64,000 nt of DNA from the human T2T-CHM13v2.0 reference genome, Homo sapiens. Under the pieces are notes generated by a model. It saw nothing but the letters and a program-made list of their open reading frames with translations, did not search any database and had not been told where the DNA came from. The DNA lies in NCBI RefSeq assembly GCF_009914755.1, contig NC_060947.1, one strand, 5' to 3'. Within the stretch, counting starts at the first letter, position 1; every line of letters begins with the position of its first letter. Shown here piece by piece: positions 1 to 14,560 of the stretch. The position numbers and the translations under genes were made by a program.

Positions 1-194
1 TAGCAAATGTTGCTTACATTGATAGACAATTCCATCATTTCACTTTGCAGTTTGTTGTAGTTATCTGTTTTATTCACAAATATTTTAATTTCACATCTTT
101 GATTTAAAAATGAAATATATTTTACTACTCACTAGCTCTTCATTTGATTGATGTAAATAATATATAATCAAATGCCTGTATCAACAAGTCAAAC

Positions 195-252
195 ATATTC
201 TGTAAATATATACACCTGCTATGTACCCACAAAAACTAAAAATTAAAAAATA
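195..252 (+). mobile_element. L1 extreme 3' end fragment (L1PB/L1MA-like)
   Basis: TAAATATATACACCTGCTATGTACCCACAAAAACTAAAAATTAAAAAA resembles an L1 3' terminus with A-tail. Confidence 0.65.
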
Positions 253-1689
253 ATTTATGAAAGGAGCAGAGAATTGAGTGTGTTAAGTAACAATAATTTG
301 TTCTATATATAGCACATGTATTTTATATCACTTACAGGAACTAACATGAAGTCTTGCACATAATATACATTCAATAATATATTCAATAATTAGTTTAATA
401 ATAACTATCAATATTATGACAAAATAACAGCATTTCTAGAAGAGAGGTACTCAATCAGGAATGCATTTTAGTAAATGAACATACACATTTAAAGCACAGG
501 AAAACCTGAACTTTATAAGATATTTCCACATTCTGTGCAGTTTTTGCTTTTGTTAATCAAAAATTTAAATGATCCTTTATAATTATCAGTTGAAGTCAAA
601 ACACATGGAATTAACTAAGTACTTAAAGAACTGATTATCGTAATTAATAATCTAACTTAGCCAACTGATAACTGTTAAAACTATCTGCCACACATATTTT
701 TCACTCAATAGTCTGTGCCAAAATTCAACAAGACTAACAACATAGTTTAGCATGCATCCTTTCTAAGATACTGCAACTTTTGTGAAATAAGTGAAAGTTA
801 CCTCGTTTTGGAAAGGAAAGTAGCCAAATGGTTATCAAGGTGGTTTCAAAGTTACATGTTCATCCATATTAGATAATAACAGTAAAATAATTTTATATGT
901 ATGTTTTCTGGTTTTCAACATATGTCTTTCAAAAATCGGATTGACTTTTTAAATTATACATTTTCAAAACATTAATATCTTCTTAAATATAAAATATAGG
1001 TATAACTTAAGTAACTGTACCAAGTAAATTAATACATGTCTTATAAGAGGATATTATGCTTAAAGAGTTTATGACACAAGAATATTGATTTTTATTTCGC
1101 TATTTGAAAATGTGTATTAGTCTTAGCCTTTAGTACATATGACTCTAAACGTAACATAGTTCTTTCAAATAAAATACAGACATTTTAATTGTGTGGAAGC
1201 TTTTATATGCTGTGTGAAGTGACTATTTGCATATTACATCATGTTTCAATTGCATTTTGCTCTTATTTAAAAATGATTTTTTCCTCCAGCAAATTAAACA
1301 TATGGCCCAGACAAGTAGTACATTGTGCACATAAAATTTCTAACAATTCCTTTCAGAGATTGCCACTGTGTAGATCTAAGTACAGTTGTCCACTTAGTTC
1401 TCTCATAACAAGCCTTTAGAGATGCTAATAAACTAATACTAAAGTAATAATGAAGATACTATTAAAATATGAAAACCAAATCATATATGTGTGGTATATC
1501 CATTAGATGTATACATAAATTAATCTCTATATATTTATTTTTGCTTCCATAAAGTATTCTCAGTGACTTCCTAGGGTTTTAATTGTGTAAGAAAATACTC
1601 TCAATGTGTTGCAAGTTTCTTAGCATCACGGGGAATTGCACTGTTATTCAGATAACTGGATTAACAAGAAACTGCGTCATCCTTGAATG

Positions 1690-2485
1690 GCTTACTCTCC
1701 CTTATCCCCCGTAATGAATTTATTACTAACTCCAGTCAACTCCAGTCGGTTTTAATTCCTAAATATCTTCACTCCATTTCTACAAACATCATACCAGTTT
1801 GGATTTCCATCATCTCTTTAGTACTAGAATAACCTTCTAACTAGTTCTCCCAATTACGCATTTGCACTCCCAAATCCGTTCTCCCAATTCTTATTGCTCC
1901 TAGGAAAATACCAAAATCTTTATCATGGTTTATAAAAGACAACCTGATCTGGTTCCTCTTCAGCATCATATATTCCCTCACCCCCCTCATGAATAGTTGG
2001 GCCCCACTGATCTACTTTCAGTTCCTTGAGCACATGCTCTCTCTGATCACAGGGCCTTGCCAGAAATTGTGCCTTCTGTTGTGAATACTACCTTGCATTC
2101 CCCATCTCTCCTAATACTTACATCACCAGTACACCATTTAACTCCTATATAAGCCATCAAAACACGAGCTTAAAGGCATTTTTTTTTCTGGGATCAGGGA
2201 AGACTTCCTGCCCACCATACCCCCTAACACAAGGTGAGAATTCTGTTATATACCCTAATAGATAACATCATGTACCTTCATCATAGCAATTATTACAGTT
2301 GATAATTATACATTTGTTTTTGTGATTCCTTGAGGATTCCTGTCTCCTCCACTAGATGTTAATTAACTCCATGAGATCAGGAACAGTATTTGCTTTCGCT
2401 CAATATTGTATTCTTAGCATCTAACACACTGCTAAGGATATACCAATGATTTAATAAATATTTGTTGACTGGATAACTGAATAAA
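1690..2485 (+). mobile_element. LINE-2 3' portion, degraded
   Basis: Pyrimidine-rich L2-like body ending in AATAAATATTTGTTGACTGGATAACTGAAT, the L2 3' tail motif. Confidence 0.7.
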
Positions 2486-3390
2486 CAAATAGGTATTATT
2501 TATGAAAAAGTCATTTATATAATTTTTGGTGATGGTTGGTCTGTGACTGTTCGATTGCAGAGGATATTTTTCTACCTTCCCCCAAGTGGCAGCTGTAAAT
2601 ATTGCAGCCTGGTGAAAAATGAGAAGTCTCAGTAACTAAGACCTCAACAAAGGGTTGTATATGTGAGCTGTCAACTCATAACTGACAGCAGTAAAAGTAC
2701 TGCTATGATTTTAAATGTAATGTTATCTATACAAGCAGGTGAAACTTATATATGCCTAACACCATATTTGCATTATTGAACAGTCCAGCAAAAATTTTGA
2801 ATAAGTTTCACTTGCCCTGTTTCATGCAGCACGAGGTTCACATTCACATTTTAAGATAGCAGATAATCAAATCATATCACTGCTATGCTTTATTAAATAA
2901 GCAAACTCAAATGTATGTCAAATGAGTTATAGCATAATTTATAAAGTTTTAAGATTATTGCCAATACGGCTTACATTTCACACTATATATTTATGCATAC
3001 ATGTAATACAGTATGAATATATTGCCTGAATATATGACTATATGGAATATATATATTGAATATATATGAACATAATTGAAATATGGTGTTACTAAATGAA
3101 TACCTTGCTAAGTGATATAATGCTTAGTTCATATACTTTCCTGGCTAAGCTTTCTTATTTCTGCTGTAATATTACATTATACTTTATATGTATTACACGG
3201 AATTGCACTCGGCTATTTTGCAATGACCCAAATTTGCATTAAATTCCATATATCTACCATAATTCATACATTTTATTATCCTGGTCATGTTTCCTGTTTT
3301 TCATCTGCTAAAAGATTGATGATTTTAAGACAGCATGATGAGTGCTAGACTAGTGCAGTCAGTCTGGGGAGGAATCTGAGTTCTGCATTT

Positions 3391-3689
3391 TTTTTTTCTT
3401 TTTTTGGCAGAGGAGTCTTGCTCTGTAGCCCAGGTTGGAGTGCAGTGGCACGATCTTGGCCTCACTGCAAACTCTGTCTCCCGGGTTCAGGTGATTCTCC
3501 TGCCTCAACCTCCCATGTAGCTGGGACTACAGGCGTGCGCCACCATGCCTGGCTAATTTTTGTATTTTTAGTAGAGACGAGGTTTCACCATGTTGGCAAG
3601 GATGGTCTCAAACTCCGGACCTCAAGTGTTCCACCTGTCTCAGCCTTCCAAAGTGTTGGAATTACAGGCATGAGCTATGGCACCCGGCC
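3391..3689 (-). mobile_element. AluS, full length, inserted in a MER5-like hAT relic (~3350-3750)
   Basis: Reverse Alu dimer with poly-T. TSD-like TGAGTTCTGCATTT / TGAGAGTCTGCATTT. Flanks resemble MER5 (TCTGCATTTCTAAC..CTCCCAG). Confidence 0.92.
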
Positions 3690-3758
3690 TGAGAGTCTGC
3701 ATTTCTAACCAGCTCCCAGATTTCCATGGACTACACTTGGAGTCACAAGGTAATGAAT

Positions 3759-4066
3759 CAGGGGATGAGAAACTTTTGAAAAGAGCTAGATGATAAATAT
3801 TTTGGATATGGGAACCATGTAGGCTCTGTTGCAACTACTCAGCTCTGCCATTGTAGCTTGAAGTCAGCCACAGACAACATATGAATGAGTGAGTGGGGCT
3901 GGGTTCCAATGAAATTTTATGAACACTGAAATTTGAATTTCCTACAATTTTCCCATATCATGACATATTATTTATCTTTTTGTATTTTTTCAATCGTATA
4001 AAAACAAATACATCATTCTTAGCTTGTAGGCCATACAAAAACAGTCTGTTGTTGCCAACCACCCTG
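3759..4066 (+). mobile_element. MER58B-like hAT-Charlie element
   Basis: CAGGGG...CCCTG ends. Internal CTCTGTTGCAACTACTCAGCTCTGCCATTGTAGC and ACACTGAAATTTGAATTTC motifs. Confidence 0.8.
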
Positions 4067-5589
4067 CTATGGTATAAGATGCCGATCGATAACTGTTGTA
4101 GAGGCTGGAGGGGAGGTAGAGTGTGACAGGATAGGCTTTGTAGAAAGGATTACAGTTGAGCTAGGACTTGAAGAAGGAAGGCTTTTCCTGGACAGACAAG
4201 TAGGAGAAAGTGAAAGACAAAGATGTAAGCCAGCAACAGCATTAGTATGTTCTCTGAACTGAAAGCAATGGATTGTGGCCTGAGAAGAACAAGCCCGTCT
4301 AGGTTGAGAAGGCTCAATGAAAGGGGGGTCCCTTAAATGCATGTCTAAATAGTTTTAAACCTTAATGAGTAGTGATGTCAGGTGAGCATCCAGAATGAGC
4401 AGTGGGGGATGCTATTAAGTTCTACATCTTAGAACTTCAAGTCAAGAGAGAACTGGACTACTGGGAGGGAGAAAGTATAGAAATGACTGAGGAAACCAGG
4501 AAAAACTGCACTTGAAAGGCCAAGGCTCTTTGAAAGTGACTACAAAATGTTCTCAAATGAAAGCTTTGTGGATGCTTTATACAAATGATCAGGGCTTGCA
4601 AATTTATTGATGAAATGGGAAATATGTATCACATAGCCGGACAGAGCAAGCCTGTCAAGCCATTTTTCCATTGCTACAGAGCACACAGCAGATTAAAAAG
4701 GGAAGCTAAGAACTGAGGATTGAAGATTTGAAAAATGGTCTCCCCAGATGCCTCAGTGTCTGACTGACTTTGCTGATAAGCTACAGAGTAGGAATACACG
4801 CTGAGGGGTAAAATGAGCATATGGGTTTTATAAAAGATGTTTCTATTAGTTCTCTGGAGGTGGCAGTGAAGTGAGATAATGAAATACTACAAAAAAAAAC
4901 CAGAGCTGGAAATTATGAAAAATGGGATATCAAGTAGAAAATTAACAAAATCCAGTGCTTTTGGAAACTCTCTTCTCCCAATTATTTTTCTATTTCCCAT
5001 CTCGTTCTCACCCATTTCCCCACAGGATGCTGTCCAGTTGTTTTGGAGGTATGTTTCATTGGAATAGTGGAGTTAAGATTTGCTGAGTAACTACTCTACA
5101 AAAAGCATGACTAATAAAAAATCTCATCATCCAATAAATGCTGAATTTTACTACCATTTAACAGATGAGGAAAGAGAGGCTTGGAAGCCTACTTTATTTA
5201 TCCAGATCTCCTCCAAAATAGGCAATACATCTGCCAGTAGATGTGGCTTACCTATAACCCCTGGTAAAAAGTGGGAAGCAGAGCAAAGGGAGAATTTCCG
5301 CTTTTCCACAATAAGGGAATGCTAGTTAATCTTCCATCTTCCAGACGTACAGGAAAGATTTGTCTTTGGCTTTGTTCAAATCAGAAACAATTACCTACAA
5401 GTTTTGGTCACAGCATTTTAGGTAATTTTTAAATACTGGCTAACCATGAGAGGAAAGGCAGTAAGGTTTTATTAATAGAAGTTAGAAAGGGTAGCAAATA
5501 TAGACATAGTAAACTTAATAGGGTTTAAAAAAAAATTCAAAGGACCTGTGATCAGGTTTCCCACCAAACAAGAGAGATATTAAATATGG

Positions 5590-6000
5590 TTATAAACTAT
5601 CATGTATTGAGCATCTGCTCCATGCCAGGCACTATTGGACAGTGTACAAACTATGTCCTTTAATTTTCACAACATTCCAATGACTGGTTATTATTACCTA
5701 TATTTAACATATGAGGCCTAGGGGCTTAAGCGAGTTATCCACAGTCCCCTGAGTCCTATAGGTTTCTATTGTGTCAATCTGGTAATATTAAGTACCTAAC
5801 ACATACCAGATGTTAAACAAATGTTAACTATTGTTTTCTTGCTAGTATTGTCATTATTATAACTGACGTTTACTTAACTCCTCCAAGCCTTACTTACCTT
5901 AACCATAACATGAAAGTCAACACAAAATAAGTTTGCCAGAATGATTAAATGAAACAGCCCACTTAAAGTTTCTGGCATACAGAAGCCACTTAGTCAATGT
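5590..6000. mobile_element. MIR fragments in both orientations
   Basis: TATTGAGCATCTGCTCCATGCCAGGCACT (reverse MIR) and TTACTTAACTCCTCCAAGCCTTA..GATTAAATGA (forward MIR core). Confidence 0.6.
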
Positions 6001-6360
6001 TAAAACCGTATAAATTTTCTCTTGAAGGATGTTTTTTATTTTTAGATGAGGCTATATAAGACAGTGTATATTGATGCTTTCAGCTATTTAGTGGCATGCC
6101 CCTGGATAATGAACTTGATGTTTATCTTCAGAAAACAATGTTTGACTAGAAAATGACTTTTTTCAAGTGCCTGTGATCAGGAGGTTAAGAGAGTTTATGG
6201 CTGAAATATTCAGCATACACATCAAAGTTTCTTAGTTTTTTCTATTTCATATGCTATTTCCTTTTCCTCTCTTCCTATAATTTGTCTCCCTAAGAACTTA
6301 AATAGATATTTTATACTGTTTGTGTATTTAGCAAAATAGTATTATTTATAATGCAATTGA

Positions 6361-6704
<344 letters not shown>

Positions 6705-7509
6705 CCAAAAGTTGTCTTTTAATAGTTGAAGCAATGTTTACTGGTAGAGCATAAGCGCTCAATAAATGTGTTAAATAAATATCAGATGAAAGAGTAAATG
6801 AACAACTCTTTCCATTATTACTTATTATTTTTATATCTTTAGATTTCCACAAAGAATGCTTCCCTAAAATTGGATATGTACTTATCTCTGCAAATTCATT
6901 TTGACAAAACACATCATATTCTCCTAGATATAAAAGCACAAATGAATTAATCTTTATTACACTTTACAAGTTAAAATTATATTTGAAATTGATTTTGCTA
7001 CTTGATGTGCTAACATTTAAATGCAGCTCAGCTTCCTTATATTGTTTCCTTCATAATGCTTCTCTTCATTTAAAATTCATTTTGATGATTTCTGGCACTC
7101 CTTGTGCCTTTAAAGCATAAGATAAAATTTCAGTTTACAACCTGATCTTTATGTTATTGACTAACAGCAACCTCTGATTCCAAAAGGAAAAAAAAATGAC
7201 CAAGCATCTCTAGCATGTTAAGAAAGAACTCCTGATAGTTTAGAGTCTTCTCCAAATTTGTCAAATAAAGGCACAGCTAGAATGTATATTATTAAAAAGA
7301 GTAATTCTTTGGGAAAATGTTTATTTGAGAGCTTATAATTGAAAAGCTAGCTCGGGGAAAGAAAGCCCTGATGTCAAATTAGGGGAAAAAAAATGAAGAA
7401 AGGGCAAGATTAGCATGCATTGTAATGGAGGGTGCTAAATAAGGCTCTATAAAACAGTGCATATTGATAATTTCAGCTATTTAGTGGCATGCCCCTGGAT
7501 ATTTAAAAA

Positions 7510-7755
7510 GATATTTGGATATAGTTTACATAAAACCTCCAAATTTCAATAGTTGGTGCCACCTTCACCATAATAAATGAGTTCCTGCTCTGTTAATTTC
7601 CATGACAGCTGGTTGTTCAAAAGAGCCTGTCACCTCCCTCCCCGCACCTTCTCTTTTGCACAAACCAGCTCCCCTTAGTATTCTGCCATGATTGGAAGCA
7701 CCCTGAGGCCCTCACCAGAAGCAGATGCTGGCACTATGCTTCTTGTACAGCCTGG
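7510..7755 (+). mobile_element. MST-family (MaLR) LTR, internally deleted partial copy
   Basis: GAGGCCCTCACCAGAAGCAGATGCTGGCACTATGCTTCTTGTACAGCCTG, colinear with the adjacent full LTR. Confidence 0.75.
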
Positions 7756-7777
7756 GCTTTTCTAAAATATTCTCTAC

Positions 7778-8202
7778 TTATAGTTTGGGTGTTTGACCCT
7801 CCAAATCTCATGTTGAAATTTAATCCCCAATGTTGAGAATGGGGCCTAATGGGAGGAGTTGGGTCATGAGGTAAAATCCCTCATGAATGGCTTGGTGCTG
7901 TCTTCATGGTAATGAGTGAGCTCTTGCTCTGTTAGACACCATGAGAGCTGGTTATTAAAAAGATCCTGGCATCTTTCTCCCTCTCTCTTTTGCTTCCTCT
8001 CTCACCATGTGATCTTTGCACATGCCAGCTCCCCTTCACCTTCCACCATGAGTGGAAGCAGCCCGAGGCCTTCACCAGATACAGATGCTGGCACCATGCT
8101 TCTTATACAGCCTGCAGAACTGTAAGCCAAATGAACCCCTTTTTAAAATAAATCACCCAGCCTCAGATATTCCTTTATAACAACACAAATGGATTAAGAC
8201 AG
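7778..8202 (+). mobile_element. MST-family (MSTB-like) MaLR solo LTR
   Basis: Starts TATAGTTTGGGTGTTTGACCCTCCAAATCTCATGTTGAAAT and ends AAATGGATTAAGACA. Confidence 0.88.
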
Positions 8203-8688
8203 AAAGTGAGAAGTGGCTTTTGAGCTCAACATTGAAGACAGAATAGAATTTAGAATTTGAAGGGGGAAAGAGAAAGAGTATCTCAAAGTGTGTGTTGGAG
8301 TAGGGGAGTTTCATGAAAAGCTTGGAAACCAATGAGTGTTGAATGAGGCAGGGCTGATGGTCTGTGGCCTTACTGGGTTGTACTCAGTAATAGGAGATCA
8401 GCTGGAATAGGTAAGTGACAGCAACTTCCAGCAGCTCTACCTTCATTAAATGTTATGATATCATGAACCAGAGAACATAAAGTTCTAAGTTTATTTTGGG
8501 GGAATGTTATGTAAATCCAAGATCATTATTTTTGATTCTTCATATTAATAGGCATTAAGTGTGCATTAGAACCAAAAATGGATAACCAAGGATATGGTAA
8601 GAGGCAGATGCCGATTTGGTGGTTTTGATATTTACGGTAGCTCTTCTAAAGAGAAACTCCTGTTAAGTGCTTAGACATATGGGACTGG

Positions 8689-8957
<269 letters not shown>

Positions 8958-10761
8958 TCATAGTTTTGATGCTTTGTGCTAATTATTATACCTGTAACAA
9001 ACATCCCTTGCCACCAGGTGGCTACAGAGTTATGCCATGTTTTCAAGAGCTTAAGACTCCAATGTAGTGAAAGCTTTTCCAACTCACAACTTTAAAAACT
9101 GATAATCTATTTAATGTTCTATCTACTATCTAGACAACCTTTTAGGAAAAGTTGACTTGAGTTCATCCCTTCTCAATATTCATAGGTTTAGAGAATTGAT
9201 TTATATTCCTAAAGGGGGCACTAAAGCAAATGAAATAGAAGGAATTCATATGATTTGTTTTCAGTTTCTAGTGAATTCTGTCATTTAAAAATAATTTTTA
9301 TTCGTGTTCCATAATTCACTGATTGAGATTCCTTATGGCAGAGTTATAGCTGTGAGAAGAGATGTTCACTGAATTAGAGCAAGAGAAGGATAGCAAGCCT
9401 CTATAAAGCCTTAAGTGGAAGGTCAGAGGCAATTTGAATAGTAGTAGTTGGCAGAATACAGATTCAGTGTCTCTGACTTCATTAAACGTTATGATATCAT
9501 GGCCTACAGAACATAACGTTCTAAATTTATTTTTTGGGAAAATTATATAAATCCAAGATTTTTTTTTGACTCTTCATATTAATAGGTAATGCATTAAGTG
9601 GGCATTAGAACCAAAAAAGATGTAAGCTAGTTTTTAAAAGGCAAAACACTTCAATTAACATATCAAAATACTCTTGTCACAAGGAAAGAATGTTGTTCAT
9701 TGCCCTAAATTATTCATAAGTTTTCACATAATTTGCTGTAAACCATAGACTGATAGAAGAGTCCAGAACTAGTAGTTGATGTTGATACAATGAATTTCAT
9801 CTTTTTCCCCTTCTTCTACTTGTGCCTATGAGGGTTATAATAAAGAATGAGTGGACTAAGGTATCTGGAAAATATATTCTTAAATATTAGATTAATTAAC
9901 TAAGGTAATGATGGAGAACTATTATGTGATCAGCACTATGCCAGGAATTACTGGGGTTGCAGAAAAGTATTGGCCAAGATATCTGACCTTCACTTAAAAT
10001 CTTATTGGTGCGATAAGATTAATTAACATAAAATAAAGAAAAAGAACAGTGTGCTCTAAGCAATAAGGTTTATACATGTACAAAGAGGTGAGGAATTAAT
10101 GAAGCCTGCATTTCAGCAGAAGATCCTTAAGGAAGTGCTCTTATCAACTGGGATGAATTGTATAATCATTTTCTGTCATTATCTCTTTCATATCATTGCA
10201 CAGTCTCCTTTTTATGCCCCATGCAGGCCCTTGCACATGGTAGGTGCTCCATAAATATTTGCTGCTGGATCAAATAATTTTTTCACAAGGATATAGTAAA
10301 AGCAAGCAAAAGAGAGACATTTTGTTTTTCTGTTGAATAGTTATCTTGAGAAAAAAATCTGCATTGACCATGATAGAGTACCTTATCATTAGATCATAGG
10401 ATCAGAAAGTAAAGCTTATAAATCTGCTTTCTAAAGAGTGCAGTGCCCAGTAGCTCATCCTCACAGGCTTGAAGAATGAAGACCAAAACTGGAATGCCTA
10501 GTGGATCCTGAAAACAATTTTAGTTCACTAGTCTGAATCAATTAGACATGACCTATAATATCAAGATTGCATGTAGCTAGTAGTTAACTTTTCAGCAGAA
10601 ATGTTTCTCTAATGCTTGGTATATGTAAAATTTGATGGAAATATTTAAGTAATGTGAATTTGCTCTCTTTTTTAAAAGCAGTATTTAAATAGTATCTATT
10701 TTATGCCTAACAAAGGCAGGAGTCTTTTATCTTGATATCTGTATCTATCTATCTATCTATC

Positions 10762-11083
<322 letters not shown>

Positions 11084-12029
11084 TAAGGAACTCTTATTTG
11101 TTTAGAAATGCTCCTCTTAAATTTCAGTCCTCCAAATAAACAAACACATTGACCAGTATTTGTTGCAACTAGTAGTTGGCAAGTACGTAATTTTATTGGA
11201 ACATGGTTAGGCATAATTAGAACAGTAGCACATCACCAAAGGTAGTGATAGAATAACAGCCACCAATAAAATAAAAACTTTGGCGGAATTTCTGTAGGTG
11301 AATTATCTGTACTACAAAGATGCATTTTGACGTGTATGCACACTGAGAGCAATATAAGAATTTAGGATTAAGGCTGTTGATATCATACTTACATATAAAA
11401 CAATTATTTTGGGTACTACAACTGCTTTTCAAAACTGTCAAATAATGAACATGTATTTTTCGGAATGATGAATTAGATGGAACCACACCTTCATAAGTGA
11501 ATGGCCCAATGTAAACTATTAAAACCCACAATTAATAAACAACTAGTCACATGTTATTTTTCCATCTTTTTATATTTATATCTGTGAAATGATCTGTGCA
11601 TTTAAGAGAGTATCTATACTCTGGTTACCCAACAGTTTAGAAACGGGTCTCCATTGGAAAAACAGAAACGGGTTAATTTGTATCTTTCCCTTCAATTTGC
11701 TATTATTCTAGAATTTTAGGGGAGAAAATATGCCCATTTATGAGTCACAGAAAAGCCTGTGCCCTTTAATATCTGGAGTACACTTTCTTCCCCGACTCCT
11801 AAAGTGGGTAATGCTTACTTTTAAATTGTTTTCCTCCTCTTCATTTTTTAAAAGCCGTTAGCCAAGAAGGGACTAGGATATCACTTGTAGTTCTCATTTT
11901 GCTGAGAAGTTTCTGGTATTTGATTCCATTCTACTTCAAATGTCTGAGAAAAGTTCCAAACCTCAACTTTGTACATGAAACTTCCCCATACAGGGAGGAC
12001 AGGCAAGAAAGTAATGGGACATTTTATAC

Positions 12030-12172
12030 CTATTGTAAGAACCAAGCATTTGTGGGAACGTGAACCAACTGGATCTCTTACACATTGCTAGCAGAAATAT
12101 AAATTTGTAAAATTACTTGGAAAAAGTTGGCATTATCTCTTAAAATCGAACATTCACAATCTGTATATGATG
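12030..12172 (+). mobile_element. Old L1M ORF2 3' fragment
   Basis: CAACTGGATCTCTTACACATTGCTAGCAGAAATATAAATTTG..TTGGAAAAAGTTGGCATTATCT resembles the L1 ORF2 C-terminal region. Confidence 0.65.
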
Positions 12173-12924
12173 TTTTGTTTTAATTTTTAATTAATTAATT
12201 ATATCTATAGAGCCATATGTGGAGACATGACAATGGTGATTCATACACCAAGGGTTATAATTAATCCAGTTCTGTGCACTAGAGGCCAGATTATTCCTAG
12301 AATTCAAGGATGGCTGAGCACCTAAGCAGCATCATTTGGTAAGGCAGCATACCAGGCTAGGACAAAAGTCAAGGGGGTATAGAGAAAGGCACTTGTTTTG
12401 GTGGGAACACTATTAATTAGAGTAGTGCTTGGTTCATAAAATTTTATCTATGAATATTTGCTGACTTAATGAAGCAAACAATGAAGAAAAAGGTAACGAT
12501 TATTTGCCAATGGCTGCTTGAGGTGGCAGATTTTCAGCGATAACCAAGAGAAAAAAAAAAGAGGTACATCAAATGGATAGTTTTCTGTTTTGTACATTTG
12601 AGAGAATGTGAGTTCCTTCCAGAGGCACAGGAAAGATGTATCATTGTCCTTCAAACAATTCAAGGATAGTGATCTACAAATTTGTTGTCAGGAAATATTA
12701 GGCAATTTAAAATAGTCATTCAACATATATGCCAACATAAAATAGTTGGATCTAAAGCAACTTTTCTTTTGTAAGGGGAAATTATAAGAAGAATAGAAAA
12801 TTGTAGAATTATTAACTAAAAAAAATTCCAACATTTTTTTACCAGATCCCGCACAAATGGTAATTTGAAAAAATAAAAAAGAGAGTTGGTATTGGTGAGT
12901 GGGGAGATTTTTAGTTATGACAAT

Positions 12925-13167
12925 AGCTATTAATTATTAAATGTTTAACAACTAATGTCAGGTAGTGGACTAGACTCTTTGCAAGTTATTTCTTCCAATT
13001 CTCACAGCAGTCAATGAAGTAGTTATTACTGATTCCATTTAATATATATGAAAACAGAGGCTACAAGAACTTGAGTGAGTTTACCAAAGTCCCACAGCTA
13101 GTCAGTGACAGTGCTGGGATTCTGAGCCCAGATCTGCCTGATTCTAAACTCACATTTTCTTCACTGG
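12925..13167 (-). mobile_element. MIR
   Basis: GAAAACAGAGGCT..AAAGTCCCACAGCTAGTCAGTGACAGTGCTGGGATTCTGAGCCCAGATCTGCCTGATTCTAAA, the reverse MIR core and tRNA-like head. Confidence 0.8.
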
Positions 13168-13308
13168 AAGTTGACCTACGTTTGCAGTCACCATGTTGAG
13201 TGAATGAAGCAATGGGTTCTGAGATGTTTCTGGTCACCTACCCACTCCCTCCTTTAAGCTTGTTCTTCTATACAGAGCATGGGGCCCCAACCCCAGCTCT
13301 GCTGTCTA

Positions 13309-13436
13309 CAGCACTGCCAAGTGACCCATTGGGCTCCATCTTGACCAACTGGGCATCAAGCGGTGCAAAAGCAAATCCCTCTCAAAGCTGGGAGAGTCAC
13401 ACCGTGGGCTACTCCTGCATGCAGCTGGGTACATAT
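13309..13436 (+). ncRNA. SNORA35: Box H/ACA snoRNA SNORA35 (HBI-36)
   Basis: 128-nt hairpin-hinge-hairpin-tail. The 5' stem GCACTGC (13311-13317) pairs with GCGGTGC (13360-13366). H box AAAGCA (ANANNA) is at 13368-13373, followed by a second hairpin and an ACA box at 13431-13433 plus 3 nt. Sequence recognised as HBI-36. Confidence 0.93.
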
Positions 13437-13535
13437 CTCCTGGGTCCTATGACCTGCCTAAAAAAAGTGAGAGAGTGGAGAGACAGATCCAGGCAGCTCA
13501 GTAACTGCTATTACTAGAAAAGCGTGACTATGTCT

Positions 13536-14075
<540 letters not shown>

Positions 14076-14289
14076 AAGACAGAGAGATAAGTGGTTTTCT
14101 CCTTTTGATGTGATGAAAATGAGATTATAATTATCTTATAGATGATGGCACCCATGTATTTGCCCCACATTTCTACTAGCTTCCTGACAAGCTAGGCTTC
14201 CCCAGCCTCTTCATTCTCTGTATATAAACAGTCAGCTTAGACCTAGTGCTGATAGAATTCCCTTTCCAGTTCTTTCTTATAAGTTAGAA

Positions 14290-14560
14290 CTACATTCAAG
14301 GCTCATTCCTGGCCCCCTTTTTGTCCATCATGACACCTTCAAATACTCAAGTCCCCACTAATCTCTCTCTCTCTACCACATAATTTGACGATGATCAATT
14401 TTTCATTTATTCTGTTCATTCACCTTGTTAGCTTATTAACTAATTGGTAAACCCTTTGAAAGGTCTATCTTCTCATAAATCTTAGTACTTACTGCAGCAC
14501 CTATCCCAGTGCCTTTCATAAAGTAGAAGCTAAATAAATAACTATTGCTGGATAAATTAA
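14290..14560 (+). mobile_element. LINE-2 3' end
   Basis: CAGCACCTATCCCAGTGCCTTTCATAAAGTAGAAGCTAAATAAATAACTATTG tail motif. Confidence 0.6.

Noticed and set aside
13290-13430. Upstream CCCAGCT complementary to AGCTGGG present twice in SNORA35 (possible alternative fold)
   Set aside because: Only 7 bp, which cannot be distinguished from chance without covariation data.
13200-13517. 105-aa plus-strand ORF
   Set aside because: Overlaps SNORA35; the elevated GC content is explained by the snoRNA, and there is no protein similarity.
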